Assembly: GCF_006345805.1 (NCBI RefSeq)
Contig: NC_043006.1
Span: 88,350,001 to 88,414,000 of the forward strand
DNA: 64,000 bases
DNA from: Octopus sinensis
Lineage: Eukaryota
Direction of reading: 5' to 3'
The translations under genes were made by a program, and so were the position numbers. Within the stretch, counting starts at the first letter, position 1. Every line of letters starts with the position of its first letter. The notes beneath the pieces were generated by a model. That model was given only the letters and a program-made list of their open reading frames with translations. It was not told the origin of the DNA and ran no database searches. Positions 1 through 12,954 of the stretch are shown one piece after another.

Positions 1-511
1 CGAACCGCTGAATCAGTCTGCTATAATAAATCCATAAGCACATATAAAACATCCAAGGGTATACCTTTTCTCCACTGAAAATATTATGCTCACGACATAT
101 AAATAGGAATTTAATATTTGCTTAATATTTACTGAGTATTAATTGAAAAAGCTGTAAGTGAAGATGATTAATTTGCTGTTATAAACTTCCTAATCTTCAT
201 TTTCTTTTTCTTCATTCATATGAATATAAACTATATGTTTTTATATATGCATCATATCTTTACCTTTTGATTGGCAGATTTAGAAAATGGTTTTTTGTAA
301 CTAAACACTTACAAACTTCGTATGCTGGTAGAATGTGTCATATAAATTATCTTTTACTCTTAGCGTTTTTGAGAAAAGTTTATATTTTCAAAGTTATTTC
401 GTGTTAAAGTTGTTGTATTTCGGTAATTTCAACCAATCAATGACATGTATTCAGCTGAATAAAATTACTCTTCATGAGGTTAACACAATCTCTAATCGAA
501 TTTATATTTAT

Positions 512-544
<33 letters not shown>

Positions 545-817
545 CACCGTATATATATACGCTATGTATATATATATATACTATATATCTGTATACATAC
601 TATATTATATATACACAATATATATATACACAATACATATATATATATATATGTATATATATATATTTATAAAATATACATATACACACAATATATATAC
701 ATAATATATATATTTATACAATATACATTTATACAATATATATATATATATATACTATATATCTGTATACATACTATATTATATATACACAATATATATA
801 TACACACAATATAAATA

Positions 818-888
818 TACACACCAGCATCGGTTGTCAAGCGATGTTGGGGGGGACTAACGCAGACACACAACATATACACACATAC

Positions 889-975
<87 letters not shown>

Positions 976-1145
976 TACATATATACGACGGGCTTCTTTC
1001 AGTTTCCGTCTACCAAATCCACTCACAAGGCTTTGGTCGGCCCGATGCTATAGAAGACACTTGCCCAAGGTGCCACGCAGTGGGACTGAACCCGGAACCG
1101 TGTGGTTAGTAAACAAGCTACTTACCACACAGCCACTCCTACGCC
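818..1145 (-). mobile_element. tRNA-derived SINE (family A, bipartite with internal (TA)n)
   Basis: Minus strand starts GGCGTAGGAGTGGCTGTGTGGTAAG (A-box-like), then GGTTCAGTCCC (B-box-like) and CACCTTGGGCAAGTGTCTTC. Matches copies at 27075 and 53237. Confidence 0.85.
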
Positions 1146-1175
1146 TTTATATATATACATATATATATATATATA

Positions 1176-1372
1176 TTCTTTTATTTGCTTCAGGCATTTG
1201 ACTACGGCCATGCTAGAGCATCGCCTTTAGTCGAACAAATTGATCCCCGAACTTATTCTTTGTAATCCTAGTACATACTCTATCGATCTCTTTTGCCGAA
1301 CTGCTATTTTACAGGAACGTAAACACACCGACATCGGTTGTCAAGCGATGCTGAGGGAACAAGGACAAACGC
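1176..1372 (-). mobile_element. SINE family A, 3' half
   Basis: Reverse complement matches the 3' half of the 53237-53660 copy (GCTTGACAACCGATG...CGACTAAAGGCG...CATGGCCG). Confidence 0.75.
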
Positions 1373-1391
1373 ACATACATGCATATATATA

Positions 1392-1935
1392 CAGGGGTTG
1401 GACAAAATAATGGAAGCACCAATCATCATAGCATCATCATTTTGAAATATCTATAAAACCGTCAAAAGCTTGTTTATTTTTATGTTTTATGTTTTGCTAA
1501 AATTAATTTCTTTTCAGATATCATCAGAAAAAGGTAATTAAAATTCATTAAAATGACAGATCTATCAGAGTTTCAGAGAAGCCAAATTGTTGGTGTTTGT
1601 ATGGCAGGTGCTAGCGTAACGAAAACAGGCTAAATGTTTGGTATATGAAGAAGTACTGTCTCGAAAGTAATGGCAGCCTTTGAGAAAGAGGGGAAAACCT
1701 CGTCGAAACAAAACTCCGGAAGAAAACCAAAACTTACGCGAATGGTTAGAAAGGGTCACAAAAGTATAGCTTCCAAAATTACTGCAGAGCTTAATGATAA
1801 CCACGAGAACCCAGTATTGACAAAAACTGTTTGCTTGCACAAAGCCAGATTTCATGAGAGGGCTGCAATCAGAAAACCACTACTTTCAAACACAAACGTC
1901 GCAAACCGTTTAGAGTGGAGTAAAAACCTATGGTA
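1392..1935 (+). mobile_element. Tc1-family DNA transposon, 5' fragment (left TIR plus decayed transposase N-terminus)
   Basis: TA then CAGGGGTTGGACAAAATAATGGAA. ATG at 1553 gives MTDLSEFQRSQIVG...RSTVSKVMAAFEKEGKTSSKQNSGRKPKL...IRKPLLS...RLEWSK with in-frame stops. Confidence 0.85.
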
Positions 1936-2059
1936 GATTTCTATTCCACTAGGGACCAATGCTTTTGTTTGTATATATATAGTAACCTCACCCCCCCCCC
2001 AAAAAAAAAACGAAGAACAAAGCAACAATGCGCAGACGCTCAGGGAAGGAAAGAAAAGT

Positions 2060-2097
2060 GGTTTTACGTTTCGATCAAACCTCTTCCTCAGAAATAG
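2060..2097 (-). ncRNA. Minimal hammerhead-like motif in PLE pseudo-LTR (degenerate)
   Basis: Minus strand CTGAGGA-A-GAGGTTTGATC-GAAAC-GTA. Core boxes are present; stems I and II are imperfect. Confidence 0.5.
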
Positions 2098-2486
2098 GAG
2101 ACGGAGGAAAGTCCAAGGAAGACGGAACGAAAAAAATCGCCAACGATCCACACAAGGTTATATTTTGAAATGATCAGAAGGGAATGGGTGAAGAAAAAGT
2201 TCTTTCTAAGACAGGAAAGTGTAAGAGAAGGAGGTATGTGTGCGTATGTGTGGGTATGTGCGCGCTCGCAATTCTGTGTGTGTATGTGTGTGTGTGTATG
2301 TGCGTGTGTGTTGTGTGTGTGTGGTGTTTGTGTGTTGTTCACTGTTTATATGTGTATGTGAAATGAACTTTGTGTTTCTTAAGGTTGTAGGAAGAATCCA
2401 GCAGCATGGTAACAGGGATGGCGGTCCTTTGTTGTGTGTCTCTTCACGCGTGCATAGAGGAATGGTCAGTAGAAAGGTGTTTGACT

Positions 2487-2713
2487 AAGGCGACCTGGCA
2501 GAAACGTTAGCACGTCGGGCGAAATGCTTAGCGGTATTTCGTCTGCCGCTACGTTCTGAGTTCAAATTCAGCCGAGGTCGACTTCGCCTTTCATCCTTTC
2601 GGGGTCGATTAAATAAGTACTAGTTACGCACCGGGGTCAATATAATCGACTTAATCCGTCTGTCTGTCCTTGTTTGTCCTCTCTGTGTTTAGCCCCTTGT
2701 GGGTAGTAAAGGA
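2487..2713 (+). mobile_element. tRNA-derived SINE (family B, Nin/Deu-like core) with 14-bp TSD
   Basis: TGGCAGAAACGTTAG, GAGTTCAAATTC and GCCTTTCATCCTTTCGGGGTCGAT. TSD AAAGGTGTTTGACT at 2473-2486 and 2714-2727. Confidence 0.9.
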
Positions 2714-2739
2714 AAAGGTGTTTGACTGGCAGCTTGAAG

Positions 2740-3665
2740 TATATGTGTGCGTGTGTATGTATGTGTGTGCGTGTATGTATATGTTGTGTGTGTGTGTTTT
2801 GTATATAGTGTGTGCATGCGTCAGTGTGTGCGTGTGTGTGTGTGTGCATGTGCGCTCGTGTGTGTACGTGTATGTAGGTGAGTGTGTGCATGTGTGTACG
2901 TGGGGTGGTGTGTGTGGAGTTATATGGGCGTTCCTGTGTGTGTGTGTGCGTACGTGTGCGTGCATGTGTGTGCGCGTGTATTTGCGTGTGTGTATGTGCG
3001 TGCGCGTATGCCTATGTATGTGTAATTCTGTGCGTATGTGTGTGTATGTGTGCGTGTGTATATGTGTGTGCGCGTGTATGAGTGTATGTGCGTGTGTATA
3101 TCTGTGTGTGTGTACGTGGGTTTGTGTGTGTGGAGGTATATGTGCATTCCTGTGCATCTGTGCGCGTGCGTATGTGTATGTGTGTGTGCATGTGTGTATG
3201 TGTATGCGCGCGTGTATGTATGTGTGAGCACGCATGTATGTGTGTGTTGTATGTGTGCATGTATATGTATATTGTGTGTGTGCTTGTATGTATACGTGTG
3301 TGTGTATGGACGCGTATGTGTGTACAAGTGTGTGTGTATGCGTGTGTGTTTGTGTGTGTGTGCATGTATGCGTGTGTATGTGTGTGTGCATGTATGCGTG
3401 TGTATGTGTGTGTGTGTATGTGCGTGTGTGTTGTGTGTGTGTGTTTTGTATATAGTGTGTGCATGCGTCAGTGTGTGTGTGCGTGTGTGTATGTGTGTGT
3501 GCATGTATGCGTGTGTATGTGTGTGCATGAATGTACGTTGTGTGTATGAGTGTGGTGCGTGTGGGAAGTATATGTGAGGTATATGGGCGTTCACGTGTGT
3601 GCGTGTATGTGTATGTGTGCGTGTTTGTATGTATATACGTGTGTGTATGTATGTGTGCGTGTATA
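2740..3665. repeat. Degenerate (GT)n/(GTAT)n low-complexity tract with internal duplication
   Basis: GT-rich tract. Block TTGTGTGTGTGTGTTTTGTATATAGTGTGTGCATGCGTCAGTGTGTG occurs at ~2784 and ~3431. Confidence 0.9.
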
Positions 3666-5160
3666 CAGAAATAAAACAAAATATAATAAAATACGATCGG
3701 TAAAAAAGGGAATAAAGGCGGAAGGGTACACGATGAAAAACTAAATTAATGAATAAAAAAGATGAATAAAAAAGATGAATAAAAAATACAAAAAATAAAG
3801 GATACAAGATAGAAAATAAAAAATAAAAATTAAAGGGATAAAATATAAAAAACATTATAAAAAAATTTAATACAATTAAAAAATTAAAATTTCGATGGAA
3901 AAAAACGATAAAAAATCGAAAAAAGGGTACCAGTGTAAAAAAGTAAGTGGATATAAGAGAGCATAAAATAAAATAAAATAGGATAAAATGTCGCTTTTTA
4001 AGGAGGGTATAAAAACAGTCGTTTGTGTTGAGTCCGAGAGGAGTTTGTATTTTGTAGACTGAAAATGTAATGCTGTTCCAGGCGGAGTCGTGGTGCAGGA
4101 CGAGGCCAAGAATGGAGATATTAGAGGTGGTGTGGTTGGCCAAGCGGAAATGACGGGCGACGGGGTGTTCGTGCGTAGCCGAACATCTCGTAGATGTTCG
4201 GTGAATCGGTCGGCCAGCCGGCGGCCCATCTGACCAACGTAGAGCTTATTGCAGAGATTACATTTACTGCAATAGATAAGGCTTGAAGAGGTGCAGGAGA
4301 AGGAGTTTCTAATGTGGAGGTGTGCTGGTTGCATCTAGTGAAGGAGGTGGTGTTCGTGATGAAAGGGCAGGTGTGACAGCGGGATCTAGAGCAAGAGGAG
4401 GATCCGGGTGGAGCTGAGAGGGAAGAGGGCAAGGTGATACGGCCCAATAGATCGCGTAGTTACGTGTGCGTTTAAAGGAGGGCAAGGGTGGGTTGAGGAA
4501 AATAGGGTGGATGGTGGGATGTAGCTGGAGAAGACTGAAGGCCTGTAGGATCCTCCGACGAAAGGGTGGAATGGAGGGTTGGAAAAGGGTGAAGGGTATT
4601 GGTATGTGGAAGGAGTGAGTGCTGTGGTGCGATCGATGAGACACGCGAGAACAAGGGCGATTTGGATGCATGGACATGCATGAACAGGCGGGCAAGGTAC
4701 TGGGACTGGGTTTCGAAATCCTGGTCCCGGCTGCACAAGCGTCAGAGGCGGAGTAACTGCGTGTAGTGGATGGCCCGTTTGGTGTGGGAGGGCTGGGAGG
4801 AGGAAAAGTTGAGGTGGAGGTGGGATCCGAGGGTTTGAAGCAGGCGGAGGTGGTGAGAGAGTAGGAGAACAGGTCAAAGTGAGAGAGATATCTAGGAGGT
4901 TTACCAAGGTGCTAGAGATGGTAGAGGTAAATTGGTGAGAAGGGTGAAAGTTAAAGAGAAAAGAGATGAAGTGGCAGAGTTGTTCGCGAGAGAGGGAGGT
5001 GGAGGCATATGCAGTCGTCAATGTAGCGGCCGTATAGCTCTGGGCTTGGTCCGGAGAATTTGGGAGAATACTTGGGCCTCAATGAGACCAACAAATAGGT
5101 TGGCGAGATTGAGGCCCATTCTTGTTCCCATAGCGAGCCCAATATATATACATACACACG

Positions 5161-5192
<32 letters not shown>

Positions 5193-5644
5193 CATATATA
5201 CACACATAAATACATGTATAAATATACATACATATATATATATGCATATATATATACATATTTATTCATATATATATATACATATACTTATATACATATA
5301 AACACACATATATATACACACATATATATATATTTACATATATATATACATATATATATATACAGATATACATATATATATATATATATATATGCATATA
5401 TAAATATATATATACATATATATATATATACGAACTTATATACATATATATAGATAAACATATACATATATACATAGATATATACATATATATATATATA
5501 CTTTATATGTATATATACATATATATATATACATGTAAATATATACACATATATACACACATATATGTATTTACATATATATACACACACATATATATAT
5601 ATATATTTAGATATATATACACACATATATATACACACATATAT

Positions 5645-6035
5645 ACTCTTTACTCTTTTACTTGTTTCAGTCATTTGACTGTGGCCATGCTGGAGCACCG
5701 CCTTTAGTCGAGCAAATCTACTCAAGGACTTAATCTTTGTAAGCCTAGTACTTATTATATCGGTCTCTTTGGCCGAACCGCTAAGTTACTGGGATGTCAC
5801 ACACCAGCATCGGTTGTCAAGCGATGTTGGGGGGACAAACACAGACACACAAACGTATACACACACGCATATATATATACATATATACGACGGGCTTTTT
5901 TCAGTTTCCGTCTACCAAATCCACTCACAAAGCTTTGGTCGGCCCGAGGTTATAGTAGAAGACACTTGCCCAAGGTCCATGCAGTGGGACTAAACCCAGA
6001 ACCATGTGGTTGGTAAACAAGCTACTTACCACACA
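5645..6035 (-). mobile_element. SINE family A, near full length
   Basis: Both halves match the 53237-53660 copy. Tail reads GTAAAAGAGTAAAAGAG on the minus strand. Confidence 0.85.
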
Positions 6036-6174
6036 GATATACATACACACACACCCATATATATATACGTATGCCTATATCTATATATACACACACACAC
6101 ATATATATATACACATTTATATATTTACACACAATATATACATATATATATACATAGAGAGAGAGAGATTATCA

Positions 6175-6260
6175 AGGCATCATCCAGTCACGTCGATTGC
6201 CCGGACCAGCTTCACTACCTCTCGCCATCCCTCTCGATCTCCCCGTAGTGTTTTTAGGCC
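6175..6260 (-). mobile_element. RTE-clade LINE 3' end
   Basis: Minus strand encodes GDREGWREVVKLVRAIDVTG followed by TGATG repeats, a typical RTE C-terminal DRxxWR motif. Confidence 0.55.
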
Positions 6261-6820
6261 TTCAACTTGGTATCGAACATTGTCTGCGGTGCCACAAATT
6301 CCAACCCCTTGTCATAGTTCGTGTGGTGGTAGCAGCAGTCTGGGATTGCTTCATTACGCTACACTTTTGGACGTAAGAGACTTTTTCTGTTCTAGCCATG
6401 GAGAGGATGATCGCCTCTGGTAATCTGACAGTGTCAGCCAGGGCGAGCAGTTTGATGCTGGACCCAAGCTGGCAAACGGGGTTCCGGTTACCTGCATGGA
6501 GAGCAGCAAAGCAGGTGCGAATCCTTGGCAGAAGAACTGCCAACCTAGTCAACGGTGCACAAAGGTGCACAAGACGGTGGGCAAAGAAATTTAAAAATAT
6601 GTCGATGGCCAGAGTCAACCGGTTCAGTCAAAAAAATACTTCGATCGTCAGTAGACGTGGATCACACTGATGATTATACTGAGCTATCGAAAGACTAGTC
6701 ATAACTATAGATCATTGCAGAAACTCATACCACATCGATAGTCGCGTGGATTAGCAAGGGTCGTTACCAGGAGTTTGCCAAATGCAAGCATCCTGTTAAA
6801 GTATAGACTTTCAATGTTAG

Positions 6821-6823
<3 letters not shown>
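6260..6823 (+). mobile_element. Probable RTE LINE 5' UTR running into the APE start
   Basis: GC-balanced leader ending in KCKHPVKV*TFNVRT, the first APE motif of RTE ORFs. Truncated by (TA)n. Confidence 0.5.
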
Positions 6824-6871
<48 letters not shown>

Positions 6872-6897
6872 ATATATTATATATATATATATAAACA

Positions 6898-7200
6898 ATA
6901 TATAATTCTTAAAGAGGACAACAAACTTTAAGGCAAGGCAAACATCTCAAGTCGTATACAATATTATTATTGGAAAAATTTTTTCCCAATGATAATATTG
7001 TATACGATTGAGATGTTTGCATTGCCTTAATATTTGTACTCCTCTTTAACAATTATATATCCGCTGCATCGGAAATCTGCAATGACTCCATAACTACCGT
7101 CTCAGCTATAACCTTGGAGTCCTAGTAATCCGTTACATCACTTACCAAGCGTACCTAATCGTTTAGATCACCTGTGAACTAAACGCCCATAATTTGTATA
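6898..7200. repeat. Fold-back element (~80-bp imperfect arms plus unique tail) between TA tracts
   Basis: 6898-6978 is the imperfect reverse complement of 6979-7060 (GCAAACATCTCAA vs TTGAGATGTTTGC). Confidence 0.8.
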
Positions 7201-7204
7201 TAAA

Positions 7205-7452
7205 AATAAATGCGCCCTTTTAAAGCCTAGCCAGGCTAATGGGCCCGGCTTCCCAGTTTCAATGTCGTATGTGTCTCCCAGCTGAACGGGACGCCAGTCC
7301 ATCGCAGCGTTACTCATTTTTGCCAGCTAAGTGGACTGGAGCAACGTGAAATGAAGTGTTTTGCTTAAGAACACAACGCATCGCACGGTCCAGGAATCGA
7401 AACCACAATCTTACGATCATAATGCTGACACACTAAGCCACGCGCCTCCACA
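7205..7452 (-). mobile_element. tRNA-derived SINE (family C, CORE plus V/Meta-like block)
   Basis: Minus strand GGAGGCGCGTGGCTTAGTG, GTTTCGATTCC, TTGTGTTCTTAAGCAAAACACTT and TGCGATGGACTGGCGTCCCGTTCAG. Confidence 0.8.
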
Positions 7453-7467
7453 CAATGTATATACACA

Positions 7468-7512
<45 letters not shown>

Positions 7513-7533
7513 ATATTATATATATATATATAT

Positions 7534-7904
<371 letters not shown>

Positions 7905-8752
7905 ATACATACATACATATATATATATATACATACATACATATTATATATATAATATATATATATATACCACACACACAATATAACTATATATATGTAC
8001 ACACAATATATATATATGTGTGTGTGTGTTTGTATGTATGTATGTATGTATATATACATACACAATATATATACACGATATACATATATATATCCACAAT
8101 ATATATATGTATACTGTGTGTGTGTGTGTGATAAAATGTGAGTCGTTGATTATGCATCCTTTGTTGACGGCTTGCAAGAGAAGCAAGATTGTTTTCTCGA
8201 TTGATTCAAAACCTTATATCTATACAATAAATTAAATATGATTCGTATTTCATATTTTTTTCACAACCACAAACAGCTTTTTTCTGTATCTGTGTAGGTC
8301 ATTAATATGGAGAAACAGATAGCCAATTCGTTATGATTTTTTCAAGTTAGAGGTGTTCGTTGTAAATCAGAGGGACACGGTGGAGGGAAGGAATGAAGGG
8401 GAGAAACGAGGTGGAGTCATGCATAATTTATGTAATAGAGTTGGAGAGAGCTCGAAATGGCGTTAACGAGCACTAAATGCATACACACGCACACGTATAA
8501 GATATATAAATATAGGGATAGGGAGAGCGAGAGGGAAACGACAGATTTTTAAAATAACATTTGATTGATACAAACGTTCTCAAAACATTGCAATCAATTC
8601 TTATTCTTATAATATTTATTTAAATACTCTGATTTTTAAGTCGTTGAATTCTTTATTCAAATTGGATTTATTCTATTCATAAGCACGCTAATAAAATACA
8701 TACATTGATATAAATGTGTGTGTGTATGTATGTATGTATGTATGTATAGATG

Positions 8753-8908
8753 TAGGCGTAGATGTATGGTAAGAAGCTTGCTTCCAAACCACATGGTTCT
8801 GGGTTCAGTCCCAGTGAGTGGCACCTTGGGCAAGTGTCTTATATAACCACGGGTTCACCAAAGCTTTGTTAATGGATTTGGTAGACGGAAAGTTATAGAA
8901 ACCCGTCG

Positions 8909-8980
<72 letters not shown>

Positions 8981-9225
8981 TATGTATGTAGGTGTGTGTG
9001 TGTCTATGTGTGTATTTTGCGTCTGTAATTGTTCTCCACCACCGCTTGACAACAGATTTGGTATGTTTACATTCCCGTAACTTAGTGGTTCGGCAAATGA
9101 GACCGATAGAATAAGTACCAGGTTAAAAAATACTGGGGCGATTCATTCGACTAAAAATTCTTCAAGGCGGTGCCCCAGCATAGCCGCAGTCTAATTACTG
9201 AAACAAGTAAAAGTTAAAATTAAAA
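8753..9225 (+). mobile_element. SINE family A
   Basis: Head TGGTAAGAAGCTTGCTTCC...GGTTCAGTCCC, internal (TA)n, and 3' half ending ACTGAAACAAGTAAAAG. Confidence 0.85.
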
Positions 9226-9228
9226 CGT

Positions 9229-9267
<39 letters not shown>

Positions 9268-9327
9268 ATATCAAACAAATAAATAAAGAAATATATTTAT
9301 TTATACATATATATGTATAAATATATG

Positions 9328-9360
<33 letters not shown>

Positions 9361-9435
9361 CTATATATATATATATATATATCTATATATATATATATAT
9401 ATATAAATATATAATATATATATATATATATACAC

Positions 9436-9914
9436 ACAATTGCAGCGTGGAAGGTGTTTATAAGCCATTTAAGAAACCACAAAAGCCGTTCGATTCACTT
9501 CAACATTTAAGTTTAATTTGTCAAAATATTTTCGTCGCTAAAATCCGCGACCTGTTAGAGGTGTTCGTTGTAAATCAGAGGGACACGGGGGAGGGAAGGA
9601 AGGAAGGGGAGAATGAGGTGGAGTCATGCATAATTTATGTAATAGAGTTGGAGAGAGCTCGAAATGGCGCTAAAATCCGCGACCTGTTCACTGACAAAAA
9701 TCCGTGCTGCGATGCAGCACGGATTTTTGTCAGTGAACAGGTCGCGGATTTTAGCGACGAAAATATTTTGACAAATTAACTTAAATGTTGAAGCGAATCG
9801 AACGGCTTTTGTGTGTTTCTTAAATGGCTTATAAACACCTTCCACGCTGCAATTGTTTTCGTTTCAGCACACGATCTCAGATCAAATTACTTGCTATGCG
9901 AGTACATCTCCGTA
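9436..9914. mobile_element. Fold-back PLE-terminus-like element with variant hammerhead and a templated insertion in the left arm
   Basis: Palindrome centred at 9711-9713 with arms spanning 9436-9856. Hammerhead-like fold at 9726-9775. Confidence 0.75.
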
Positions 9915-10289
9915 ATATATATATATACATATATATATAAAAGTTGAGTTGTGGGGTATCGCACGAGTGGGATTATATAAGAAAAAAGGTTTCTCTCATT
10001 TCAACCTTTCTGCTAAAACAAACAAGTCAGTAAAAACGTATTCTCGCCTTCAACTTAAAATATTCTGAGATGTATAAAAAATCCATTTTAATTTTTGCTG
10101 GCAAAAGACTGTGTGTATATATATACCAAAGACTGTATATATATACATGTAATGTGACAATTTGCGACAACCAATAATTAACGCAACCAAATTTCCAATA
10201 ATATATTTGTTTTATCCTTTTCTGCCAATTTTTCCAAATATTCTCATCACACTATTGAACTTCTCTGTTACCAAACACTATATTTATAC

Positions 10290-10435
10290 ATGTAATGTGA
10301 CAATTATGTATAAAAAAACATTTTTGAATTCATAATATCCAATGTGACAATTATGTAAAAAAATTTTTTGAATGCATAATATTCAATGTGACAATTATGT
10401 AAAAAAACTTTTTTGAACCCATATTATTCAATGTT
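10290..10435. repeat. Minisatellite, ~44-bp unit x3
   Basis: AATGTGACAATTATGTAAAAAAA(C)TTTTTTGAA..CATAATATTC repeated in tandem. Confidence 0.8.
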
Positions 10436-10670
10436 ACTTTTAATGTTACTTTTGACAATCTTTTACCAAAGAGTGAAACCGGTTAAGTAAATAAACATCG
10501 TTTAAATTGCATTTTCAAACCTTTTTTCTTATACATATATATATTTATACATATATATGTATGAATATATAGTATATATATATATATATATGTGTATATT
10601 ATATATATATTTATACATATATATGTAAATATATATATATGTATATATATTATATATATAGCAAGGAAGT

Positions 10671-10701
<31 letters not shown>

Positions 10702-10703
10702 TA

Positions 10704-10741
<38 letters not shown>

Positions 10742-11569
10742 CACATATAAATATACATATGTATGTATACACACACACACTCAAAATAGCTGAAAAAAGA
10801 TTTTGTTCAATTAAAATTCTTAATTACATACAATAATCTTTCAAACTAAACGTTAAATGCCATTTAATATTTTGCCTAACCTACCAGTTATTTGCATCTT
10901 CAATGATTTGTTAATCGCTCTTTTTCTATAAAAGTGATAGCTAAATTTGTCAGTGCATGCGGTTTATTGTACTAGTTACTAATGATGCACAAAGACTTAG
11001 CAGTTTCACAACCGCTGTTGGATGTTTTTGGTTTACTACTGATATACTTTTGTGCATTTTAGTATCTATCGTCTATCCTTGATCCTTTCACAAGACAAAT
11101 ACCGCAGTTTTGTAGCTTTTTATAATATGCCCACGTTAAGTTATCTATAGAGACAGCATGCTATTCTAAAGTAATATTGCTTCGGTGCTAATAACGAATA
11201 CATACATACATGTATACATGCATACATGCATACATGCATACATACATACATACATTCATACTACATACATACATACATACATACATACATACATACATAC
11301 ATACATACATACATACATACATACATAAATCCTTAATTCATATGCAACAAATGTCCACGATATGTGAGATTATGAAAAATCTGCAAGACCTTGAGATTTG
11401 AAGGATGATGATTGCAAGAAGATACTTTCCTTCAAAACCTTGCTACTAAGTTTATACCCGATCAAAATTTACTCTGAAATTAAAAAAGAGAAAAAGAACA
11501 TGCATACATGCGTACACACACACACGTACACACACGTACACACACAAACACGCGCGCGCGCATGCATGC

Positions 11570-12560
11570 GTTAGCAGAAAGCTCCGGGGTAATAATAACG
11601 TTGATTATCAAAGCAGTCTATCATAGATCAGCAACCACATTAAAACTTTCCTTTTGAAGGGTATGCATTTGCAATCCAGGAAAAGGAAATATCAACCAAA
11701 TACCAGATGCACAAGAGGGGCGGAGACGCAGGAAAACATTAAAATGTGACAACCGTTGCAGACTTTGAAAAATCACCTACATCATAAGCAGTTGCCTGAA
11801 AATATCATCACGATATTACTTACCGATGAAACAGGATGTTGTAGCTAAGACATCCGAATAATAAGATCCGTTGCAAGGATAATTCTGATGCCAAAGAAAT
11901 AAGAACCCACAGTATGGTAGAAGCTATAGCCACTCATAACAAGGAGCACTGGTGGAATGTCCCAGTGAAAACCTCAATAAATTGTAAACATAATAGGGCT
12001 AACATAGTGATTTGGGACAGAAAAGAAAAACTGTATACATTTGTGAAAATCAGCTGCCCAGAAGATGTTAACATATAGCTAAAGATCAGCGAAAAAGAGA
12101 ATACCTATGCTGAACTATTGAGAAATCTACAGCTACTCTACCCAGATTGCAAGTTCAGGTTTATACTTGTAACTGTCGAGGCACTGGAATGTCTAACACA
12201 CTGCCTACGTTAAAATCTTGAGAAATTAGGCTTCTGATAAACCAGGAAGAAGAAAGCCGATTTCAAGACTACGGATCCAAAACATCACTGGAACTATAAA
12301 AATCTGCAAAACTTTCCAGAAGTTTATCATTTAAGTATATATGCCTATGTTTTGATATGCAGCTATATTCATGAGAATACATACATAAGACAAAACATAC
12401 AAATCTGTGTATGCACTGACTACAAATACTGCACATATACACATACATGCAAAAATACCATGTTGATGTTGTTGAAATTCCAATGAAGGAGTCTTGGATC
12501 CACGTTAGAAACCGATTCTTTTTCTATTGGCAAGAAATATTGAAATAAATCTAAATGAAA
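11570..12560 (+). mobile_element. R4/Dong-clade non-LTR retrotransposon, decayed 3' end (restriction-like endonuclease)
   Basis: NRCRL, SSCLKISSRYYLPM, WWNVPVKTSINCKHNRANIVIWDRKEK...KISCPEDVN...KISEKENTYAELLRNLQLLYP, with stops, then a 3' UTR. Confidence 0.8.
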
Positions 12561-12584
12561 CACATACGTATCTTTATTTTTTTA

Positions 12585-12876
12585 ACTTTTACTTGTTTCC
12601 GCTGTGAATCTGCAGCTAAAGAATTTTAGTCGACGGAATTATATATTTTAAAAGCTGATACGTATTCAAAAAGGGTGTTGGCCGAACCGCCAGGTTTCGG
12701 GGATGTAAACACAAGTTGTCAAACAGCAGTGGGGGACAAACAGACAAAAAACTTCCGAAACCCACCGACAGAGCTTTAGTTCACCCAAGGTTGTAGTTGA
12801 AGGCACTTGTCCAAGATGCCACATAGTAAGACTGAACCCGGTTTAGCAAACTTCTCATCAGAGAGTTATAGCTACA

Positions 12877-12880
<4 letters not shown>
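12585..12880 (-). mobile_element. SINE family A, decayed
   Basis: Recognisable blocks GCCGAACCGC, GTAAACAC, GGGGACAAACA, CACTTGTCCAAGATGCCAC and GACTGAACCC. Confidence 0.6.

Positions 12881-12954
<74 letters not shown>

Larger units (their letters stand above)
1980..5140 (-). mobile_element. Penelope-like element remnant (RT, GIY-YIG endonuclease, CA-rich 3' region, pseudo-LTR)
   Basis: Frameshifted RT motifs [18 protein letters not shown] and RYIDD (5140-4990). GIY-YIG region RCHTC...CTSSSLIYCSKCNLCNKLYVGQMGRRLADRFTEHL...PLGLN (4400-4030). Hammerhead-like motif near 2060-2097. Extent below 4030 is inferred. Confidence 0.8.

Noticed and set aside
335-1053. ORFs rich in YI/HT/CV dipeptides (also at 2.6-3.7, 5, 13, 40, 43, 54 and 60 kb)
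   Set aside because: Translations of (TA)n, (CA)n and (GATA)n microsatellites.
2104-2114. GAGGAAAGTCC, the RNase P RNA CR-I motif
   Set aside because: No CR-V partner or P4 pairing downstream, and it lies in a PLE terminus.
6668-6705. CTGATGA...GAAA hammerhead-like boxes
   Set aside because: Stem II closing pair and the stem III/NUH geometry do not form.
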